This document shows, piece by piece, positions 1 to 8,699 of a stretch of DNA of 20,000 bases. A program made the translations under genes and the position numbers. Position 1 is the stretch's first letter; every line of letters begins with the position of its first letter. Below the pieces are notes generated by a model that had not been told where the DNA came from, did no database searches, and saw only the letters and a list, made by a program, of their open reading frames with translations. The stretch lies in NCBI GenBank assembly GCA_003990765.1, contig RBNJ01000012.1, positions 44,850 through 64,849 of the forward strand. Direction: 5' to 3'. The stretch is from Jimgerdemannia flammicorona. Its lineage: Eukaryota.

Positions 1-960
1 TGAGCTGTATCTACTTGTTCTTTAGACTTTCTAATATTTAGAGTATAAACATACTGGATACTGTTTGGAGAAATCTTATTCATAAATATTATTAGACCTA
101 TGATGCCTTAGTTAGTGGTATTGAACCTAGCTACAGATATTCTTTTTAGGATTATTATAAAGAATGCTCTGGGTTATTTTTTGAAATTCATCTTCATTTC
201 CATGATAAATTCTTAGACCTTATGGTAGGTTTCATTTCCTGTATATTTCTCAATAAGTTAGTGGATTATGGCTTCATATTCTACTTCCCAGGAGGATGCT
301 ATATGAATGGCTGTTCTAAGATCTGAATGTACATTATTTGCTACTTAGTTAAAAATCCCCTTAGCTGGTTCTCTGAGTTGGATCTTGTAGATAGTAATAT
401 TTTACTATGCAGAGAGATTCTTTAGAGCTATAATTTCTTCAATTCTATTAAAGTATTCTCTTGAGTCTTCTTTAGAGTATTTTGCAAAGATTTGCATTGA
501 GGTGGTTATTTTGTCATCACTGTTTTCTAGTTCTAATTCTGATTCTGATTCTAGTTCTGAATCACTTTTGAAGTTATTGCTAGAGCTTAGAATACTTGAG
601 TATTTTAAAGATAGTATTATTAATCTTGGACAAGGTACAGTAGGTCTGGGAATTCTTAAAGAGGGTATTTCTAGTCCTTCTGATTCTGTGGTTGCTAGTC
701 ATGATAGTGGTTTGAAGGAAGAAACTTAGAGCTTTTGTGGAAAACCAGGATTGTATAATAAGGTCTTCTAATTTTTATATAAGCTTATTGAAGTTTCTGA
801 TAGAGCTGTCTGTATTGTCTGATTGATCTGGTGGTAGGTCTGTTAGTACTGGTTGAGATTCTTCTAATACTGGGTAATTGGTAAGTCTTGAGGTAATTAT
901 TTCTCTTTTTGTTTAAATGCTGATGATGACTTGTTCTCCTATGGTAGCAGAGATTAGTAT
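1..960 (-). pseudogene. gag: Degenerate gag (N-terminal part) of older Gypsy element A, continuing off the left edge
   Basis: Colinear with the gag of element B (~9230-10170), e.g. 121 ttgaacctagc vs 9310 ttgaacctagc, and the Ser/Asp/Glu-rich block; many C>T/G>A changes and stops. Confidence 0.85.
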
Positions 961-1032
961 TGTATCAAATATATCCAGTTTGGCTGTTGGGTTCTTGTGA
1001 GCTGAAAAGTCATATAGATTTAAAGAAATCTA

Positions 1033-1048
1033 TTCAGTTGAGCTTTTA
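1033..1048 (-). promoter_or_regulatory. Decayed primer-binding site of element A
   Basis: ttcagttgagctttta aligns with the B PBS cccagttgagccccca (10238-10253) through C>T changes, 2 nt from the LTR start. Confidence 0.7.
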
Positions 1049-1050
1049 AA

Positions 1051-1184
1051 TATAACATACTAGCTCAATGAAAGTAAATTACAAGATCAGGATTACTATG
1101 TGGTTTAGCTTAAGCCCTTAGTTTTTTTGTCAAAAAGCAACAAAATGTTCAATAGTTTCTGGTATCCTTATTGGTGTTTAGTAG
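1051..1184 (-). repeat. U5-end fragment of the element A 5' LTR, split by insertion of B
   Basis: Diverged copy of the first ~134 bp of the B LTR (tataacatactagctcaatg vs tgtaatgtgcctggctcaatg); homology resumes at 11706. Confidence 0.85.
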
Positions 1185-2385
1185 TGTAATGTGCCTGGCT
1201 CAATGGAGGCAAATTACAAGGTTGGGGGTTGATGTAGTTTGGCTTGAGCCCTCAGTTACTTTGTTAAAAAGCAATAAAATGTTCTAAGATTCCTGAGGTC
1301 CTTGGTATTTAGTGGTATAATAGTCAAGATCTGGATATCTGTGAGTGGTTTCCTTATTGGGATGGTTCTCTGAGTGTAGTGGCAATTTGTGTCTTTCCTT
1401 CTTGGGTCAACTGGGAATGGTAGAATTTGTGTGTAGTATGAGCAGTTTCCTTCTTGAGTAGTGGGTGATTTCTGTATAGCATGACAATCTTATACATGAT
1501 GGTCTGGCAATTTAGCAGTTCTCCTTATGTGATTTCTGTATGATGATCTCTGTGTAGCATGGGCTTCCTTATACAGGACATTCTGATAATTTGGCAGATA
1601 ACTCAATTTGGCTTACTGGGAATAGTATGGCATAGATTCTTTGAATTGAGCTCACTAGGAACAAACTGATAACTCAGATGTTGCAGGTTTTCTGGGAATG
1701 CAGATGACGTGTAAATGGCAGATAACATGGATTCTCCTGAATTGGTAGACTTCTTGAAAAAAAGGTAGCTTCAACTGGGAGTAACTTGGATAGCATAAGT
1801 TCTTCCAGATCGGGCTCTTCTGGGAATGTGAACAACTGGTGGCATTCTTCAGGAAAGAGTTTCTTGGCAAAGTTATGTCAAAGACTGGCTTCATTTGCAT
1901 GGGGTTACATCATAGACTGGCTCCACTGCGAAGTTGCATCAGAAAGACTGGCTTGTGGCAAGAAAGGCAGGTTCTCTGAGAATGCAGTGAATAACTTGAA
2001 AATGATAGATGACACGGATTCTTCCTGAATCAGTGAAGTTCTTGAAAATGGTGGCTTATTCCTTAAGCAGCAGATTACTCAAAAGGCAGCAAAGTTCTTC
2101 TTTGAACTTGGCAGAAAATCGGCTTTGTATCGAAAAGTGGACCAGAGTGGAAAGGAGACCAATGCTCAATCTTTAGAGGCTTCTTTGGTGTTTGTATTTC
2201 AGACTCATTCTTTATATCAGAAAGTGGACTGGAGTGGGGAAATAAGCTCACAATCTCCTAGCAGTGGCTGTAGAGTTCCTCTTGAAGTGTAGCAGGCAGA
2301 CTTGTCTTTTGCTTCAATTTCAGACTCATTCTTTGTATTGAAAAGTGAACTGGAGTTGAAATGTATTCTGAATTTCAGACTGAGG

Positions 2386-2417
2386 TTTATTCACTCTTGT
2401 CTCTGGGGTAATTTATA
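2386..2417 (-). promoter_or_regulatory. LTR TATA box (TATAAAT) and polyadenylation signal (AATAAA)
   Basis: atttata at 2411-2417 and tttatt at 2386-2391; the same arrangement occurs in the other LTRs of the window. Confidence 0.65.
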
Positions 2418-2480
2418 CATTGTGGTTGCTATCTGGTTGCTATCTGACTAACTATAGAGTGCTATTTATGGGGTGATATT

Positions 2481-2558
2481 CACTGTCAGAGTGACAGCTA
2501 CTGTCAGGGTGACAGCCACTGTCAGGGTGACAGCTACTGTCAGGGTGACAACCACTGT
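2481..2558. repeat. 18-bp palindromic tandem repeat in U3 (4.3 copies, CACTGTCAGGGTGACAGC)
   Basis: Units start at 2481, 2499, 2517 and 2535, with a partial unit at 2553. Confidence 0.95.
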
Positions 2559-2692
2559 TCACATTATTTCCTTCTTTGGCTATCTGGTTATTTATACATC
2601 TTCTGCAGCAATGGTTGCTGATTACTATGCTGTACTAATGTTCACATCACCTGATCAGGTTTCAAGATTGCTACATCTTGTAGTTTGTCACA

Positions 2693-2707
2693 TCAGCCGC
2701 CACTAAA
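2693..2707 (-). promoter_or_regulatory. Atypical polypurine tract of B (TTTAGTGGCGGCTGA)
   Basis: Immediately upstream of the 3' LTR; homologous position in D at ~17013-17027; only partly purine-rich. Confidence 0.5.
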
Positions 2708-2731
2708 GGGTAGTCTGTCTCAGACTATTCT

Positions 2732-3238
2732 TTAGTCATCATTCCAATAAGCATAGGCATCTTCTGCATCTATACCTGTTCCATCATCTTTATTGTCTGT
2801 ACTGGGGTCACTCCATTCTAGCTCTGGATCTTCCTCTTGTTCTTCAAGAAACAGGATGTCTACTTGTTGAAGGATACTCTGAAAGGTGGTCTCATTCATC
2901 TGATAGATGTCATTGAGGTGGAAGTGAGACTGCACCAGGGCTCCAATGTTTCATTTATACAGGGTGTAGATTCATTTGGCAGTTCTTACTTCTCTGAGAG
3001 TAATTCTGGCTGGGCTTCTTATATAAGGTTGTTCTGTCAATAACTGCCCAATGTTGTAGAAGGCTTATAGATAGTGGATCCGAAGCAACCTTTGGGAAAT
3101 GGCAAGGTTCTCTTGATGCTTCTGGATCAATTGTATGGAGGTTCCTTCAAGTTGACGAAACTGGGGCAGGGGAATTGGCAGGGCTTAGAAGAAGCTGAGA
3201 ATGAGGGTCTGGAGGCATTGATCTATCCTCTGAGTCAT
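2732..3238 (-). pseudogene. Accessory ORF3 of B (~168 aa, unknown function, acidic C-terminus), 4 premature stops
   Basis: Single frame MTQRIDQCLQTLILSFF*ALP...L*AFYNIGQLL...RTAK*IYTLYK*NIGALVQSHF...YWNDD; all stops revert by T>C; homologous to ORFs in C, D and E. Confidence 0.8.
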
Positions 3239-4299
3239 GGTTTGTGCAGGTATATCTTGAGGTGATTGATGTGGACTGGTGTTCTCAGGGTTCGTCCATC
3301 CATGCTTCTTAAATAGATTCTGGTTCCTCTGATGTTGTGTACAAGATAAGGTCCTTCCCATTTTAGTTCCAGTTTGGTGGCAAAGTTTATTTCTATCATA
3401 CTTCTCCAAACTAGTACTTGGTCTCCAATCTTGATCTCCTGATCTTTCTGTTTCTAGTTATAATACTTCTTTTGTCTTTCTTGGGCTTTGATAATCTGAC
3501 CTCAGGCTTGATTTCATAACTATTCTGCCTTTTTGAGGAGGTCTCTGAGGTTCTCATGGTCAGCAGTTCTAGTTTTCTTAGCAAACATCATTTCGAATGG
3601 CTTTTATTTGGTGGAGGCAGCAGGGGTGTTCTGAATTTCCCATAGAATTTCAGGTAAGCAGAGGTCCCAATTGGTAGGATTGACTCAGGCAAGTCCTCTC
3701 TTGATGGTCTGGTTCATCCTTTCTGTCATACCATTGGTCTGAGGGTAGTATTATGTAGTCTGTTTGAGGTGGATCTTGTGAATTTGGGCATAACTTGTGA
3801 TTATGTTGTTGATGAATTCTGTACCTCGGTCAGAGATGAGTTCTTCTGAGGGTCCATATCTGAGTGTGAGTCCATGGAGGAGGCCTACAATGGTTAAGGC
3901 ATCTGTGATTTCCATTGGAAAAGCCTCAGGCCACTTGGTCAGATGTTCTACAAATACAAGGATATATTTGCGTCTTCTTGGTGTAACTGGTAGAGGTCCA
4001 ATTATGTCTACTCTCCATCTCTGAAAGATGTTGTTTGGTGGTATGATTGGTTGCAGTGGTGCTTGATAGTTCTTTTTTCCTTGGTATTTCTGGCAGGTGT
4101 CACATTTCTTGAGTGTGTCCCAGACTTGTGTTCTGAGGTTGGACCAATGTTGGTATGTTGTTCGCAGCTTCTCTTCTATATTCACCTGTCCCTAATGGGC
4201 TTTCTGATGTTCTTTTCGGATGAGATATTCTTGTGCCTTGATGGTCTGAGGAGCTTCCTTTAGGGTATAGTTCCTCAGGACACCCTTCTTCTGGTTCAT
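3235..4299 (-). pseudogene. Integrase of B (HHCC, DDE core, GPY/F module; no chromodomain)
   Basis: EHQKAH...CDTC, VDIIGPLP, SDRGTEF, YYPQTNGMTERMNQTIK, KWEGPY; internal stops. Confidence 0.93.
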
Positions 4300-5711
4300 T
4301 GGGGCTGGCGGGAAAGTACATCAATATTGTTGTGGGCTTTTCCTGCTTTGTGAATAATTGTGATTTTGTAATCCTGAAGGATAAGGATCCAGTGGGCTAG
4401 GATTCCAGTAGATTTCTTGTAGTTGAATAGCCATTTGAGGGCTGCATGGTCTGTGATCAGGGTGATCCTTTTTCCAATGAGGTAATGCTTGAACAGGGTG
4501 ACTGTCCATATGACTGCAAGACATTCCAGTTTAGTGCTATCATAGTTCATCTGCTGCTGATTAGTACCTCTGCTTACATAAGCTATCACATAGTGCTGTT
4601 GGTCAGGTCTTTCTTGAGCTAGAACTGCTTCTAGGCCATCTTTGGAAGCATCTGTATATAAGATGAATGGCTTCTGTAGATTGGGGCACATAAGGATTGG
4701 TGCTGTAGTCATGTGGTTCTTGAGTTCTCTGAAGACTTTTTCCTGTGGTTCTGTCCATTTGAATGGCATTCCTTTCTTGAGAAGGATTCGGATTGGGGCA
4801 GCAATTTGGACAAAATCCTTGATGAACCTTCTGTAGTAAGATACCAGTATCAGGAATGATAGTGTTTCTTTCAGAGTCTTGGGTACTGGCCAATTGTAGA
4901 TCTTCTCAGTTTTCTTTGGGTCTGCATGAGTTCCTTCTTTTGAAACCATGAATCCCAGGAATTCAAGTTTCTGTTTTCCAAAATAGTATTTCTTTGCATT
5001 CAATCTCAAGTGATTCCTGTGGGTGAGCTTGAAGAATTCCTCTAGGTGGTGCAGGTGTTCTTTGAAATTTGCTAAATAGATATTGGAATTGTCCATATAT
5101 ATAATTAGGCAGTGGTGGATCAAGGGGGCATAGACTGAATTCATCATTCTCTGAAAGGTGGGGGGTGTATTGCAGAGTCCAAAGGGCATTTGGAGATATT
5201 CAAACAGTTTTCCTAGAGTAAGGAAGGCTGTCTTTTGAATGTCCTTGGGGTCCATGGGGATCTCATGGAATCCTGCAAAGAGGTCCATGCTGCTGAAGTA
5301 TCTGGCATCCTGTAACTGATCCAAAAGGTCATCAATTCTGGGCAAAGAATAAGCATTCTTCTCAGTGACTGAGTTGAGTTTCCTGTAATCCACACAGAGT
5401 CTCCATCCTCCTTTCTTTGGTACAATAAGTATAGAGCTGGCCCAGGGGCTAGTAGAGGGTCAGATGACTCCATTGTCTAAGAGTTCTTGAATGTACTCTT
5501 TTTCGAATGTTTTTAAGTAATGGGGTATTCTATAGGATTTCTGCTAGATGGGTGTTGCACTTTCTGTATTTATGCTGTGGTGATATGATGGATTGTATGG
5601 TAGATTGCCATAATCGGTGGTGAAGATATCTTGATATTTGTTGAGAAGTTCTACTAGTTGTTGCTGTTGTTGAGGTCTCAATTCTTCTCCAATGTTGGTG
5701 GAAGGTTTCAC
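4296..5711 (-). pseudogene. pol: Reverse transcriptase - RNase H of B
   Basis: SPWASS, WRLCVDYRKLN, LPRIDDLL, MPFGLCNTP, YMDN (decayed YxDD), LYTDAS, ITDHAAL, DVLSR. Confidence 0.96.
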
Positions 5712-5799
5712 TGTCTCCTGGGTCGCAGAGGGGCCTTTCCTTTCTTCTGGGACCTTTTGCCATTTCCCAATAGGTTTAGTTCATAAACTTCCCTATGAG

Positions 5800-6061
5800 T
5801 TCAGTTGAGAAAAGGCACCAGATGTCCTATGATGGTTCCTTTTGACAGGATGATGGTCTCCCAACTTTGGTTGGTTGCTCAGGAGTGTACTGGGTTCATC
5901 TTGTCAGGGAATGTGTGTCCCTCTATGTCCAGGTATGGGATATCTTCCTTAGGTTCAAAGAAAAGGTTTCTGGGGTCGGGTGGTGCAAAGATTTCGAAGG
6001 TAGTTTGTTCTCCAGGCTCCAGGATGAGATTCTTGTGCAGTCTGACTGGTTGCCAGTACAC
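5800..6061 (-). pseudogene. Possible degenerate dUTPase-like beta domain before RT
   Basis: LILEPGEQTTFEI and ATNQSWETIILSKGTIIGHL echo dUTPase scaffold segments but lack catalytic motifs; judged by eye. Confidence 0.4.
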
Positions 6062-6118
6062 TTGCTGGGGAATATTCCTCTTAAGGTAATTGACTTGAAG
6101 GAGATGTACCTCCTTCCT

Positions 6119-6520
6119 GTCTGAACTTCCAAATCCCTTGGCTTGTCTTGTTCCTTCAGTTAGTTCAGAGACTTCCTGTAACTGTGGAGTCTTGACCTTT
6201 ATGAAGACTGCTTGGGCAATCTTCTGTCCTCTAATGATTCAGTGCTATTCTGCACTGCTGTTGTATAAGATAACCTTGATTTTGCCTATATATCCTGAGT
6301 CAATAGTTCCTCTTTCCACTATTATTCCTTGTCTGGCAAGTCCAGACCTTGAGGTCAGTTGGATATAAATTCCTTGGGGTGACTGTATGGCTAGTCCAGT
6401 TTGGACCATGAAGGTTTTCCCAGGCTTGATAGATTCATCCTCCAGGCTGTGAAGATCATATCCTACATCCTTGAGGTGGACTTTGGTCGGGGGTTTGGCC
6501 TTGGAGTGCAGCAGAGCATA
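6119..6520 (-). pseudogene. dut: Trimeric-type dUTPase domain within the pol region of B
   Basis: All five motifs in order: VGYDL, SRSGLA, GTIDSGYIG, KIAQ, RQAKGFGSS; two premature stops. Confidence 0.92.
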
Positions 6521-6529
6521 CAGGGCAAT

Positions 6530-7843
6530 ATTCTTACTAAGTTCGGGCTCTCCTAAGGCTGAAGCTCCACTAGCAGAAAGCCTCCAAGCTCTAAGGTTGA
6601 GGTGTGGCCATCTGGCTCCAGTAGAGGGGTCTTGAAGGTAGTTAATTCCCCTTCTTCCTATAGGGTCAAGGGCTTCCATGAAGTTGGTGGCATCTTCTGC
6701 CCATTCTTGGTGGGTTGAATGTCTGATAAGAGCTGGGATGTCTTCTCCCAAATCGTAGATCTTGAGGATTCTTTTTCCGGGCTTCTTGGTCGGGCTTTTT
6801 CGAATCTGGCTTTTTTGGATCTGGTTTCGGTTATCTCCTTTCTTCAAAGTATGCACTGCAACATCATAACTGAGGTGAATCTTCTGGTGTCTGCAGTCTC
6901 GGCAGTCAGGGTGTCTTCCATGGTTACAATATCCCATTGCTCAGAAATGGTATTCCTGGCTGTTGATCTCTTGTTGTCTTGGAAATCAGTACCCATCTTG
7001 GTCATAGGTGGGTGGAAGAGTAGACAAGGGATATATTTCTATCTGGGTGAAGAAGCCTTATTCTCTAAATTGACTTTGTAACCTTGTGGTAACTTCTTGA
7101 AAAGTGGTTGACTGTACAAGTGTAGTTGGAGGTTCTGGTCTCTGGGGTCTCTGTCTTTCTTGTTGGTCCAACAGATGACATTGATAGCAGTAGTCTTAAG
7201 GAGAGTGGAAGATCATTTGGTGTGGACATCTTCTTAGCTAAAAAGCTTTCTCTTGGTGAGTTTCTTTCTTGGGAATAATGGTGATTGTACTGGGTCCTTC
7301 TTCTGTATTCCAAGGGTCATTGTCTTCAGGTGGTGTTCAATGAGGATCATCCCAAGGAATGAGTTCAGGGACTTCTTCTTCTTCTCCATATGCTTCTTGT
7401 TCAGAGACTTCTTGATCAGAAGTTTCTTCTTTCTTAGATGATTCTTGACCCCAAATTGCTTGTACTTCTGCAGCTTTGGTTGCAGGTGTTTCTGGAATAT
7501 GTCTATATTTCTTCTTCTTCCTTCTGCATTCTGGGCAGGCTGTACCAGGCAATTTCCTTATTCCCATAATCTTGGAGGAGTGCTCAGGACATTTGTGTCT
7601 CTTGAGGCAGGTAGAGCATCCTTTGGCTTTTCCTGTAATAGCTCCAATAGTGATAGAGATGGTGTTCTTGGCCCACACATTATCTTCTGGTCTGTTATCC
7701 ACCAGATTGATTCGGGGATTGAGTCTGGGATCAGTTCCATCTTCAGATTCTTCTTCTTCTTCTATAGTGGACTCTTCGCTACTGGCATATTCTTCCTGAA
7801 TAGTGATCTTTTTCTTCTTCTTTGATTGCTTATAGCTAGTCAC
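6530..7843 (-). pseudogene. Long linker between protease and dUTPase with acidic tracts and repeated Cys/His motifs
   Basis: In frame with the dUTPase; CSTCLKRHKCPEH..CPEC, CPH..CYQC, CNHGRHPDCRDC. Confidence 0.7.
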
Positions 7844-7849
7844 CTTAAC

Positions 7850-8200
7850 TCTGTACTTCTTGCCTCAGTAGTCAAACTTGAGTACTTGTTGGCCAATGTA
7901 AACAACTGCATTCATTTCCTTCATCCAGTGCCAAGAATCATATCATAGGTGACAGCTTTGGTGATAACAGCTTTGGAGATAGAGAACTGAATGTGTCTAA
8001 GGGAGATGGTGATATTTCATACTTCTCCAAGGGGTTGAGTTCGGGCTCTATCTGCTACTATGATGCTGAGATTGGATGGTCCATCAATGGGCCATTGGAG
8101 GGTGTCCAATAATCGTTTGGCAATGACACAGACAGCTGCTCTTGTGTCTTTGAGGATTTTCACTTTTTGTCCTCCAATATCTCCATGCAGGTAGGTGCTG
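7850..8200 (-). pseudogene. Retroviral-type aspartic protease of B
   Basis: VKILKDTRAAVCVI (decayed DTG), IIVADR flap, YDMILG followed by a small frameshifting deletion. Confidence 0.85.
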
Positions 8201-8699
8201 ACATGTCTTTTAGCTGCTTGAACAGGGATAGGAGCTGATTCTCGCTGTGGGATTGAAACTTGGCCAGTGCTAGACCTAGTGGTTCTCAGCAATTTGTTTT
8301 GGACCCCAGCTGGTATTAGTTGCAAGAACTACAGGAGAGGGACTTCCATCTTGGCTTCTTGAATCTTCTGCCAGACTTCATTGTAAATGTCTCTAGGCAT
8401 AGTCTTCAGAGTGTACTTCTTCTTAGGCTTTGGAGCAGCAGGTTCCTGTTCTTCTTATTCCATTTCTTCATCTTCTGGTGGCAGTTCATTTGTCTCGGGA
8501 AGGGGGTTCAGGGAGGTGTTTCAACTTGTTCCTCCTCATGTTCTTCATCCTCTTTTTGGATAATTCTTCTGCTGATGTTTCTGGATGGTCTTCCTACAGG
8601 TCTCTTTCTTTTCTCTGCTGGATAAACTGTTTTCTGGGTTGTAACCTTAGTGGGGTACAAGTTTAGGTCACTGTAGTCTTCACTATTGCTTGTTTCTTC

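Larger units (their letters stand above)
1185..2692 (-). repeat. 3' LTR of element B (1508 bp)
   Basis: Direct repeat of 10256-11701; + strand begins TGTAAT and ends GTCACA. Confidence 0.95.

Noticed and set aside
2481-2558. CRISPR-like array
   Set aside because: Head-to-tail 18-bp units with no unique spacers, inside a eukaryotic LTR, and no cas genes
2651-2660. Short TGATCA-centred palindrome near LTR 5' ends (similar at ~17480)
   Set aside because: Too short to distinguish from chance without more copies
1655-2706. Short ORFs in the B LTRs (also 10679-10921, 11500-11733) and in the A LTR (12531-12722)
   Set aside because: They are shared only because the LTRs are duplicated, or are translations of 18-bp repeats; no protein motifs
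2732-3238. env gene or chromodomain after integrase
   Set aside because: No signal peptide, transmembrane segment or chromodomain motif (such as YLVKW) is visible
7915-7940. Stop-start junction after the protease
   Set aside because: The frame change falls inside the conserved ILGxDW motif and is explained by a small deletion
8490-8520. Programmed -1 gag-pol frameshift
   Set aside because: The frame change lies in a low-complexity C-rich stretch with no clear slippery heptamer and is seen in one copy only; a mutational 1-bp loss is as likely
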